NCBI GenBank assembly: GCA_048213135.1
Contig: PS015009.1
Span: 1,426,001 to 1,490,000 of the forward strand
Reading direction: 5' to 3'
Source of the DNA: Reclinomonas americana ATCC 50394
Lineage: Eukaryota
Length of the DNA stretch: 64,000 bases
Shown: positions 38,334 to 47,187 of the stretch, in pieces
Numbering within the stretch: position 1 is the stretch's first letter
How the letters are laid out: each line of letters starts with the position of its first letter
The notes under the pieces: model-generated
What the model was told of the DNA's origin: nothing
Seen by the model: only the letters and a program-made list of their open reading frames with translations
Databases searched by the model: none
Position numbers and translations under genes: made by a program

Positions 38334-39644
38334 CTAGTGTTGCTGCAGCCAGGCAACTGTTGCCTCAGCGATGGCCATATTGAAATTGCCTTTCGCGTAC
38401 TGCTGCGTTTTAAAATTATCTCTCGCGTTTTCCCAGCTGGTGCTTTTCATCATGAAGTGATCGAGTTGCGGGATCGCCTGCATACGGGCGTTGCCGGGAT
38501 GCTTTTCATTTACGGTTCTTGTAATGAGTTCGGGTTCAACGATGCTGCACGATTCATAATCCGCTTCTCCATGAAGGATTAAAACGGGGCAGTTCAACTG
38601 TTGCCAGCTTTTGGCCAGGTTGAGGGAATCGATCTGCGGCCAGAAACTCCAGTGCCTGCCCCACATGTCATGGTCTCCCGCCTTGTAACCCAGCTCGCTG
38701 GCCACAAGGTCTTTGTACTCCGGGTTGCGGTACAGCTCTTCCCGGCTTTTTTTCAGTACGAAGAACTCATAATAGATCTTCTGAATCTTTCTTATGAAAT
38801 CTTCGGTCTGTTCATAGGTCTGGTTTTCCAGCAAAGGTTTTTGTACGCGGTGCATTTCGAGCAGGAATTCGCTCCAGGGCCTGAAGGTGGTACCGAATAC
38901 CATTACGCCTTTCGGCTGATGACGTTTGGCTACTTCGGGTGCGATAACGCCACCCATGGAATGCCCCCAGATGTAGAGCCGTGTTTTATCGGCAAAAGGC
39001 AGTTGTTCCATGTAACGGTAACCGGCATCAAAGCTTTCAATATCTGTTGCCAGGTCCACTTCGCTGCAGGGCAGGCAACCGTAACTGTCGCCCAGTCCCG
39101 ATTTCTCCACCGTTACAACAGCATATCCGGCTTTCAGCCACTCGGTAAGCAGTTTACCATTGTAACTGTTCATATAAATTTCAATACTGCCGCAACCATA
39201 ACCCGGAATGAGCAGTATTACCGGCAGGTTGGTCCCGCCTTTGGGTTTGCGTGTAATGGCCCGCAGGGCGCCGTTTTTAAAAGGAACCCAGTCGTACTGC
39301 ACATCGGCGATGGCTGATTGTTCGTAAGGGCGCATAACGGCTTTACCGGAGGTCTTCATCTCTTTCCGGTTGCGGAGAAAACTCACCGACACCTCATCAC
39401 CCGAACGGATAGACGAAACGGCGCTGCTGTAATCGGCTGTTGTTTTTACCGGGGTATTGTTGATATTGGTTACCACATCCGACTTCTGCAATTGCAGGGC
39501 AGCAAATGTGCCGGAAGACAAAACGCTGTCAACAACTATCCCTTCTGCCGACGCTTTGGGAATGATACCCATGGCGGCTTTTCGTTGCGGTTGGGCGATG
39601 ACTGCTGCAGGGAGCAGGCAGGCGAGGACTAATACTTTATGCAT
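38334..39644 (-). CDS. Secreted PDZ-domain plus alpha/beta hydrolase (S9-like)
   Basis: Signal peptide; PDZ-like 'LQKSDVVTNIN'; GHSMGG nucleophile; HGEAD; LDH. Confidence 0.85.
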   Translation of the reverse strand: MHKVLVLACLLPAAVIAQPQRKAAMGIIPKASAEGIVVDSVLSSGTFAALQLQKSDVVTNINNTPVKTTADYSSAVSSIRSGDEVSVSFLRNRKEMKTSGKAVMRPYEQSAIADVQYDWVPFKNGALRAITRKPKGGTNLPVILLIPGYGCGSIEIYMNSYNGKLLTEWLKAGYAVVTVEKSGLGDSYGCLPCSEVDLATDIESFDAGYRYMEQLPFADKTRLYIWGHSMGGVIAPEVAKRHQPKGVMVFGTTFRPWSEFLLEMHRVQKPLLENQTYEQTEDFIRKIQKIYYEFFVLKKSREELYRNPEYKDLVASELGYKAGDHDMWGRHWSFWPQIDSLNLAKSWQQLNCPVLILHGEADYESCSIVEPELITRTVNEKHPGNARMQAIPQLDHFMMKSTSWENARDNFKTQQYAKGNFNMAIAEATVAWLQQH

Positions 39645-39717
39645 ATTAATTACCAATTACTAATTACGAATCATATCCTGAGCGCAACGAAGGATTCTTA
39701 CATTTTCACATATTGGA

Positions 39718-42168
39718 TCATTGAGCTCTTTGTCTTTCTTCTTCTGAACCAGTTGTCCTTCTCCGGGCAGCCTGCACTTTACTGTTACCAAAACGGTAAG
39801 CGAAGCTGACGGTAGCTACACGTGTTTCGCGGTAGGCATGCCATTTCTCGATATAGTTATCATAAGTGATTACCGCTTTGGGAAGGTTGGTCCAGAAAAT
39901 ATCAGTGATGTTGAAACGAATGGTGCCCTTGTTTTTCAATATGAGTTTCTGCATGCCGGCCGATAATCCCCACTGCGGGTCCAGTACCATAAAGCCGTAT
40001 TGCCCGCCGGTATTGAGGTTGGCATTCAGTTCAGCAGTCCATCCTTTTTTGAAAGTGAACGTATTGTTGGTACGGATGTCAGCAGCGGGTTTGCCATTAT
40101 TGAGGTTGGTGCCGCCCAGCTGTCCGTTGAAATGCTGGTAATATATATTCGCGTTGTTGAGCATGTTCCACCATTTGGTAATGCGCACCGGCGCTGAAAT
40201 GGTAAGCCCGATATTGTCTGAAGATTTTAAGTTGACAGGTATCTGCACCGTTACATTATCCGCTGAAGGGATGTTCGGGAACACATCTTTGAAACGGGTG
40301 ATGGCTATGTTCTGATCGTTGCGGGTATGGCTGTAGCTGAGTGAAAAGTTGAATCCTTTCAGGGTATAACTCAGTTCATAATTCCAGGTCAGTTGTGGCA
40401 GCAGTCCGGGCTTGCCGGTACTGTATGTTGTAGGATCGATCAGGAAAAGAAAAGGGTTCAGTTGTGAATAGCCGGGCCTGTCGATGCGGCGACTAACGGA
40501 AATACCGAGTACCTGGTCTTCTTTTATTTTATAGTTGAAGAAGGCGCTTGGGAACAGTTGCAGGTAACTGGAATCAAAACGCATATCACCTATTTGCTGG
40601 CGTGTGGTAATGTGGGTGTGTTCTGCACGCAGGCCTACCTGGAAGTCGAATTTTTTAAAATCCCGGCTGAAATTGAGGTAGACGGCGTTGTTGTTTTCCC
40701 GGTAACGGAAGTTGTTGGTTTTATTGGTGTCGTTCACCGGCGAACCGCTGCTCATGTCGGTGAATTTGGCGTCGTTCTCAGAAGCCACAAAACTGGTTTT
40801 GAAGCCGGCTTCCCATTTGCCGCCATTTTTCAACGGGTTGGTATAGTCGGCCTTAAAGGTGGTGAAGTCCAGTTTGCCGTCCTGGTCGCCATTGAGTATA
40901 TAGCTGGGCTGCAGTTGCGTTCCGTCGAGTTTATAATAGCGGGTAGCGTTGCCCGTTAGTGAGGCAGACCGGAATATGCCATGATCAAGATCGGCGGTCA
41001 GTTCTTTGCCCGTACTGTCGAACCGGTGTTTGAAATTCAAATTGGCTACAGCATTGCCCGCGTGGTCGTTGTTGGTGGCCATCGACTCAAAAGTGCTTTC
41101 ATCCTTGTGCTGGTCGTTGATTACGATGGAACTGTTGCTGTTGGTGCGCCTGAAATGGTTGAAGTTGCTGTTAATAACGAAACCGATCACGGTTTTGGAA
41201 GAAGGAAAATAATCCATACCGATACGTGTGGTATGCGACCCCAGCGGTGATTTGGAATAGTTGTCTTTCAGATCGCCGCCGCTGTATTGCCCGTTGTTAT
41301 AGAAGTTTCTGTCGAGCAGCAGGTGATTCAATCCTATGCGGTAATTGTAATTATAGTTGCCGAAAATATTCACTTTCTTATTGCGGTAGTTCAGGCTGGT
41401 ACCGGCGCTGGTCTTGGGGTATACACCCTGCCCGTAACTGGCGTTCACCGTACCGTTGATGCCCAGGCGCTGGTCTTTTTTCATCCTGATGTCGATGATG
41501 CCCGAGTTGCCCGCCGCGTCGTATTTCGCGGAAGGATTGGTAATAATATCGATACGTTCGATGGCTGAAGCGGGTAAACCCTTCAGGTAATTGGCCAGGT
41601 CGGCCCCGGTCATGGGCGTAGGTTTGCCATCGATCATGATCACTACACCCGAGCGGCCGCGGAGGCTCACCTGGTCGTTCTGATCTACCAGCACACCCGG
41701 CGATCTTTCCAGCACTTCCATGGCCGAACTGCCGGTGCTGATGATGCTGTTTTCCACGTTCACCACAATGCGGTCAGGCAGCTTTTGAATGAACGGCTTG
41801 CGGCTGGTTACAGTTACAGAACCCAACTCCTTTGCTGTCTGCGTCATATTGGTTGCGGGTATAGTAAGATCAGCCTGGCTCGCAGTTACAGAGAAAGGGG
41901 CGGAGAACCGGCTGTTGTAACCGAGCATCGACAATTTGAGCAGGTAAGTTCCGGGTTGTATTCTTTCAAACAGTACAACGCCGTTTTTGTCGGTAAGCCC
42001 GAATTTAACCAGTGAAGAGTCTTTGGCCCTGCGGAGTTCTGCAGTTACATTTTCCAGCGGCTGGTTATGGTTTCCGGTAATACTGCCCGTTACGGTGGTT
42101 CCTTTATTGTCCTGGGCAAGGGCGCTCAACCCCGGGAGAAGGAATAGAATAAATAATATGCGTTTCAT
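39718..42168 (-). CDS. TonB-dependent-receptor-like outer-membrane beta-barrel protein
   Basis: Signal peptide, carboxypeptidase-regulatory-like N-domain, plug 'LERSPGV...PSAKYDAAGNSGII', SRRIDRP, C-terminal 'FAYRFG'. Confidence 0.88.
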   Translation of the reverse strand: MKRILFILFLLPGLSALAQDNKGTTVTGSITGNHNQPLENVTAELRRAKDSSLVKFGLTDKNGVVLFERIQPGTYLLKLSMLGYNSRFSAPFSVTASQADLTIPATNMTQTAKELGSVTVTSRKPFIQKLPDRIVVNVENSIISTGSSAMEVLERSPGVLVDQNDQVSLRGRSGVVIMIDGKPTPMTGADLANYLKGLPASAIERIDIITNPSAKYDAAGNSGIIDIRMKKDQRLGINGTVNASYGQGVYPKTSAGTSLNYRNKKVNIFGNYNYNYRIGLNHLLLDRNFYNNGQYSGGDLKDNYSKSPLGSHTTRIGMDYFPSSKTVIGFVINSNFNHFRRTNSNSSIVINDQHKDESTFESMATNNDHAGNAVANLNFKHRFDSTGKELTADLDHGIFRSASLTGNATRYYKLDGTQLQPSYILNGDQDGKLDFTTFKADYTNPLKNGGKWEAGFKTSFVASENDAKFTDMSSGSPVNDTNKTNNFRYRENNNAVYLNFSRDFKKFDFQVGLRAEHTHITTRQQIGDMRFDSSYLQLFPSAFFNYKIKEDQVLGISVSRRIDRPGYSQLNPFLFLIDPTTYSTGKPGLLPQLTWNYELSYTLKGFNFSLSYSHTRNDQNIAITRFKDVFPNIPSADNVTVQIPVNLKSSDNIGLTISAPVRITKWWNMLNNANIYYQHFNGQLGGTNLNNGKPAADIRTNNTFTFKKGWTAELNANLNTGGQYGFMVLDPQWGLSAGMQKLILKNKGTIRFNITDIFWTNLPKAVITYDNYIEKWHAYRETRVATVSFAYRFGNSKVQAARRRTTGSEEERQRAQ

Positions 42169-42361
42169 CCTGGCTAATACTTTCGGCAAACATCCCCAAA
42201 AAACGAACGGGTTCGTAGCAGTTTTATGCCAGTAAAGAGAAAGCGACCATGAATGGACATACCGCGGCAAAAGGGCGTCTGTTTTTTACATTAGTAAACG
42301 GCAATAAAAAAGCGGTCCGAAGACCGCCTCTCTGCTTAGGGTTTGTTTATGGAGTGTTGAA

Positions 42362-43462
42362 TCACTTAAAAGGATCTGAGAAACGTACATCGGTGGTTAC
42401 CGACTGGTCTGATAGGGTTTGCAGGAAAGCCAGTACCCGGCTCACTTCCTGGGCAGGAATGCCGTGTGCGGGAATGCTTCCGGGCGTTCCGGGAGGGCCC
42501 GATTGCAGCATGGCTGCCAGGCTGCCTACAGCGCCATTGTGAAAGTAGGGTGCTGTTAAAGCAATATTGCGCAGTGAACCTGACTTAAACCGGTTCTCAT
42601 TATTAATACCGTGGTCGTTTGGATCGGGGAAGCCAAAAGGCGCCGCCGGGGATGAAGTCAGGAACATGGGCGGGGTGTGGCATCCGGCACAGGAAGGCGC
42701 TCCCGCGCCGGGCGGCAGGCTGATGAAGAACTGTTCTCCCGCAGCTTCATCAGCAGTAAAAGTGGCCAGGCCCTGCTTCACCAGGTCGTACTTCGACTGG
42801 TAGGTGACCAGCGACCGCAGGAACTGGGCAATGGCTTTACCAATACGCAACGAGTCGATCTGTGTGCTGCCGAAGGCTTTCTGGAAAAGAGAAGGGTAAT
42901 AACTCAGCCCTTTTACTTTTGATTCCAGCTCAGCAAGCGTCAGTCCCATCTCCACAGAATTCTGTATCGGCTGCAGGGCCTGTTTTTCCAGGCTGGGAGA
43001 ACGTTCGTCCCAGAACATTTTTCCCGATTTATAGAACCTCAGGTTGAGCAGCGGCATGGAGTGGCGGGAAGTGAGGCCACTGTTGAAACCCTTGCTGAGC
43101 GTGGCATTGTCGCTGAAGGAAAGGGCCGACTGGTGGCAGCTTCCACAACTGATGGTATTGTTTTTTGACAGGTGTTTGTCGTAAAAAAGTACCCTGCCCA
43201 GCGTGGCCCCGTCGTTGGTAATGGCATTGTCGGCAGGCGTATTATCATTCGCTGCCAGCGCATTCTGAATATGGGCCGGGTAGCTGTTGATATAATTAAA
43301 TGGGGTGGCGGGCAGGTTGGGTTGCACAACTGTTTCAGTGGGCGTTGTGCTGCCGCCGGTGCCGGAGCTGTTACTTGTGGCATCGTTTTTGGAGCAAAAC
43401 GGCAACAAAAAAACCGTAAGCAGCAAGCCTGTTAATACAATCGTCTTTTTAAAAGAATACAT
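42362..43462 (-). CDS. Di-heme cytochrome c peroxidase/MauG-family protein
   Basis: LGRVLFYD..LS, CGSCH, FWDER, EMG, CAGCH, SLRNIALTAPYFHNG. Confidence 0.9.
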   Translation of the reverse strand: MYSFKKTIVLTGLLLTVFLLPFCSKNDATSNSSGTGGSTTPTETVVQPNLPATPFNYINSYPAHIQNALAANDNTPADNAITNDGATLGRVLFYDKHLSKNNTISCGSCHQSALSFSDNATLSKGFNSGLTSRHSMPLLNLRFYKSGKMFWDERSPSLEKQALQPIQNSVEMGLTLAELESKVKGLSYYPSLFQKAFGSTQIDSLRIGKAIAQFLRSLVTYQSKYDLVKQGLATFTADEAAGEQFFISLPPGAGAPSCAGCHTPPMFLTSSPAAPFGFPDPNDHGINNENRFKSGSLRNIALTAPYFHNGAVGSLAAMLQSGPPGTPGSIPAHGIPAQEVSRVLAFLQTLSDQSVTTDVRFSDPFK

Positions 43463-43784
43463 CTGTTACCAGGTTAAAGGTGAACGGGCATAAAAAAGCC
43501 CTGTAAGTGTTAGATGTGAAACCGGGAAAAATCCCCCGCTGCCCCCTACATATTATAAAAATTAGGTGTTTTACCCCCTTAAAAAGGATGTAAATACCCC
43601 GTTTTTGGAAAAAACCTACCACTTTGTGGTATTGTTTAGTTCCGGAAACTGTCTTCTATTTGTATAAATATTAAACCACTACCCACTTTTGGGAGAATAT
43701 AGATTGGCCCGTTATTACTTCCGAACCTTATGAGAACAGGGGTATCTATCACCTTTGTAGATTTTTCTCATGCTTGAACACATC

Positions 43785-43816
43785 CCCGTTCGGATTCCTC
43801 CGGACGGGCTTTTTTT
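43785..43816 (+). terminator. Intrinsic terminator upstream of the recA promoter
   Basis: cccgttcgga-ttcc-tccggacggg followed by a T-run. Confidence 0.75.
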
Positions 43817-43856
43817 ATTATAAGCGCCCTACGCTAAAAAAATTATCAAAAAAATA

Positions 43857-43897
43857 CTAAAATAATTAGTGTTGATAAGATTAAACCCCTATCTTTG
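43857..43897 (+). promoter_or_regulatory. recA promoter: CTAA-N5-TTAG palindrome (putative SOS box) and TATCTTTG -7 box
   Basis: CTAAaataaTTAG at 43857-43869; TAnnTTTG at 43890-43897. Confidence 0.65.
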
Positions 43898-43955
43898 GTT
43901 ACTCATTTACATTTACAACGCAAATTCAGATACATCACTTTAAAAAAACAGAAAC

Positions 43956-44966
43956 ATGAGTAACGCAGAAAAATCAGAGAAATTCAAGGCGCTGAAACTG
44001 ACGATGGACAAGATCGACAAGGATTTCGGCAAAGGCTCGGTAATGATGATGAACGAGAAAGGAAATGTTGAACAGGAAGTGATCTCCACCGGTTCCATTG
44101 GCCTGGATATGGCTCTCGGTATTGGAGGATTACCCCGGGGCAGGGTGGTAGAAATATACGGACCGGAAAGCTCGGGTAAAACAACACTGGCCACTCACGT
44201 GATCGCGGAAGCGCAGAAAAAAGGTGGTATGTGTGCCATTATTGATGCGGAACATGCATTCGACAGTTCATATGCACAAAAGCTGGGGGTGGATATTGAC
44301 AACCTGCTTATCTCCCAACCGGATTATGGTGAGCAGGCGCTTGAAATTGCCGACAGGCTGATCCTTTCCGGCGCACTTGATGTGGTAGTAATCGACTCAG
44401 TGGCCGCCCTGGTACCCAAAGGCGAACTGGAAGGCGAAATGGGCGACAGCAAAATGGGTCTGCAGGCCAGGCTGATGAGCCAGGCGTTGCGCAAGCTCAC
44501 GGCTACTATTAACAAGACCAACACCATTTGCATATTCATTAACCAGCTGAGGGAAAAGATCGGGGTGATGTTCGGTAACCCGGAAACCACCACCGGCGGT
44601 AACGCCCTTAAATTCTATGCTTCGGTGAGGCTCGACATCCGCCGTATGACGCAGATCAAAGACGGTGACGAAGCGATAGGCAACCACGTAAAAGTAAAAG
44701 TGGTAAAAAATAAAGTGGCGCCTCCTTTCCGCCAGGCAGAATTCGATATCATCTTCGGTGAAGGTATTTCCAAAACCGGTGAAATCATCGACATGGGTGT
44801 GGAACTGGGTATTGTACAAAAAAGCGGTAGCTGGTTCAGCTACAATAATGATAAACTCGGCCAGGGTCGTGAGTCGGTTAAACAACTGATGCAGGACAAT
44901 CCCGAACTGGCCACCGAGATCGAAACAAAGATCAGGGAAAAGATCAGGGAAATGCAAGCTGCATAA
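43956..44966 (+). CDS. recA: Recombinase RecA
   Basis: [45 protein letters not shown]. Confidence 0.98.
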   Translation: MSNAEKSEKFKALKLTMDKIDKDFGKGSVMMMNEKGNVEQEVISTGSIGLDMALGIGGLPRGRVVEIYGPESSGKTTLATHVIAEAQKKGGMCAIIDAEHAFDSSYAQKLGVDIDNLLISQPDYGEQALEIADRLILSGALDVVVIDSVAALVPKGELEGEMGDSKMGLQARLMSQALRKLTATINKTNTICIFINQLREKIGVMFGNPETTTGGNALKFYASVRLDIRRMTQIKDGDEAIGNHVKVKVVKNKVAPPFRQAEFDIIFGEGISKTGEIIDMGVELGIVQKSGSWFSYNNDKLGQGRESVKQLMQDNPELATEIETKIREKIREMQAA

Positions 44967-45013
44967 GCAGTACCAGTCAACATTGGCTTATTGATGGAGG
45001 GTTAGTAAGTATA

Positions 45014-45046
45014 AGCCGTCGGAGGTAACAGCCCGACGGTTTTTTA
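45014..45046 (+). terminator. recA terminator
   Basis: gccgtcgg...ccgacggt followed by a T-run. Confidence 0.7.
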
Positions 45047-45065
45047 TTGTATATATTTTAAAATT

Positions 45066-45137
45066 AGTAGCAAGTATTGAGTAGCAAGATGAGCGTATCA
45101 ATACCGGGATGAGTCTTATACTAAATACTAAATACTG
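45066..45137. repeat. REP/MITE-like palindromic element, additional copy
   Basis: agtagcaagtattgagtagcaagatgagcgtatcaatac...atactaaatactaaatact; same arms and core as the 37.7-38.1 kb units. Confidence 0.7.
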
Positions 45138-45234
45138 ATTCCCGCGAAGGGGATAAGAAAGCTCCGGTAATAGAAAAATTCCTCCTGTCGTCTGTCGCCC
45201 GTGGTCCGTCGTCATTTCCTACTTTTGCATTCTA

Positions 45235-46125
45235 ATGAACAAGCGCACATCAGCCCACCTGGCCTTACTTTTTACCAACCTGTTCTTCGCCATCAACCTG
45301 AGTGCAGTAAAACACCTCACCGGTAATGAACTGGCCAAACCATTCGGGATTAACGTGGTGAGGGTTGGTGTTTCCGTTATATTATTCTGGCTGCTGTATC
45401 TTCTCCGCCCTGTTAATGTGAAAATTGAGAAAAGAGATCTGCCCAGGTTTATTTTGTGTGCGCTCACCGGCATTACCATCAACCAATTATTATTCCTGAA
45501 AGGGTTGTCGCTGACTTATTCCATTCATGCGGCGCTGCTCATGCTTACGGTTCCCATTCTTATTGTGATCAGCGCCGCATGGGTACTGAAAGAAAAGGTG
45601 AACCTGTCAAGGGCGGCAGGGCTGGTATTGGGGATCAGCGGTGCTGTGGTACTTATTTCAGCCCGTACAGGAACCGGGCACGGAGATAATATTGTTCTTG
45701 GCGATATACTCATCATCTGCAATGCCATTTCTTATACCATCTTTTTTATTATCGTAAAACCGCTCATGCAACGGTACAACCCGGTAGTAGTGGTGCGATG
45801 GATATTCACTTTTGGGTTACTGATGGTGCTGCCTTTTGGTTGGACAGAGTTCAGCGAAATAGCATGGTCCACGTTCAGTACTGTTGATTATACCTGTATG
45901 GTGCTTATCGTTTTTGCAGGAACATTTTTGGCTTACCTGTTCAATGTGTATGGCATTAAAGTGCTGGGCTCGTCTGTTGCCGGTTTTTATATTTATACCC
46001 AGCCGGTGTTCGCTACGCTCATTGCCATGATATTTTTAAAAGAAGAACTCGAATTGTATAAGATCATTGCCGGTTTGCTCATCTTTGCAGGTGTATACCT
46101 GGCCAACCGCCCGGTACGAACATGA
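45235..46125 (+). CDS. DMT/EamA family transporter
   Basis: About 10 TM helices in two EamA-like repeats; 'YIYTQPV'. Confidence 0.9.
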   Translation: MNKRTSAHLALLFTNLFFAINLSAVKHLTGNELAKPFGINVVRVGVSVILFWLLYLLRPVNVKIEKRDLPRFILCALTGITINQLLFLKGLSLTYSIHAALLMLTVPILIVISAAWVLKEKVNLSRAAGLVLGISGAVVLISARTGTGHGDNIVLGDILIICNAISYTIFFIIVKPLMQRYNPVVVVRWIFTFGLLMVLPFGWTEFSEIAWSTFSTVDYTCMVLIVFAGTFLAYLFNVYGIKVLGSSVAGFYIYTQPVFATLIAMIFLKEELELYKIIAGLLIFAGVYLANRPVRT

Positions 46126-46583
46126 CCTACGAAAAAGCATATACAAAAGAAATGTACCTGGCTGCGGCGGGGCTCTTCCGCGAATACGCGGAGTGGCTGG
46201 GTATCGACCTGTGTTTCCAGGACTTTGACAACGAACTGGTCAACCTCGACCAGATGTATGCCGGACCCAACGGTGGTATTATACTATGCCGGGAAGGCGA
46301 CAACTATATCGCCTGTGTGGGTGTTCGTCGTATCGACGAAACAGTCGCGGAACTGAAAAGGATGTATGTACAACCCGGCCACCAGGGAAAAGGCATTGGC
46401 TCCGCCTTACTGGAAAAAGCCATACAGCTTGCGCAAGAACTGGGTTACCGTTCCATCCGTCTCGATACACTGGATCATATGCACGCAGCCGTTGGCCTCT
46501 ACAGGAAAAACGGCTTCCGGGAAATAGCGCCTTATTATTTCAACCCCAACAGCAACGCGCTGTATTTTGAAAAGAAAATATGA
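46122..46583 (+). CDS. GNAT N-acetyltransferase
   Basis: ELKRMYV, QGKGIG, RLDT, LYRKNGF. Confidence 0.92.
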   Translation: MTYEKAYTKEMYLAAAGLFREYAEWLGIDLCFQDFDNELVNLDQMYAGPNGGIILCREGDNYIACVGVRRIDETVAELKRMYVQPGHQGKGIGSALLEKAIQLAQELGYRSIRLDTLDHMHAAVGLYRKNGFREIAPYYFNPNSNALYFEKKI

Positions 46584-46587
46584 GGAG

Positions 46588-47079
46588 TTACCTGTTCTTG
46601 GGATAATCAAAAAAGAGGAATCGTTTTTTTGCCGTTGCAAACTCTTTCCAGCCGGTGATATCTGCTTCTGCAACAAAAATGCCACAGGTAGGCATATTGT
46701 CGACCTCAGCGCCGGAATGCAGGTCGTTTACAAAATGGGTAATGCCTGGATTATGCGAAAACAAAGCGACGGTATGAAGATGATCCGGCAATTGTGAAAT
46801 CACATCAAAAAAAACCGGCGACCCTGCATGGTAAAGAGAGCTTACAAGTATGATGTCGGCTTCGGTTTTGTTGTACGTCTTACAGAACATTTTTGCGGTA
46901 GTAAGCGCCCTTGTTGCGGGGCTACTGACGAAGGCGTTGATGCTGATCTTTTTTTCCAGTAACCTTGCTGCCATTTCCGGCGCATCCCTTCTGCCCCTGT
47001 CATTCAGCGGCCGTTCAAAATCATTGCCGGGAAAACCCTGGTCACTTTTGGCGTGGCGTATGATAAGGACTGTTTTCAA
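46588..47079 (-). CDS. Histidine phosphatase (SixA-like)
   Basis: IIRHAKS, RPLNDRG, SSPATRA, SHNPG. Confidence 0.9.
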   Translation of the reverse strand: MKTVLIIRHAKSDQGFPGNDFERPLNDRGRRDAPEMAARLLEKKISINAFVSSPATRALTTAKMFCKTYNKTEADIILVSSLYHAGSPVFFDVISQLPDHLHTVALFSHNPGITHFVNDLHSGAEVDNMPTCGIFVAEADITGWKEFATAKKRFLFFDYPKNR

Positions 47080-47187
47080 CCATCAAAATTTTAATAAAAA
47101 TAACGCCTTTTAATAAAAGCTGTATGCACCTTTTAAAAAGAAAAACCCCCGCAAAGGAGGGTTTTTAAATGCAAGAAAGTAACTGTG

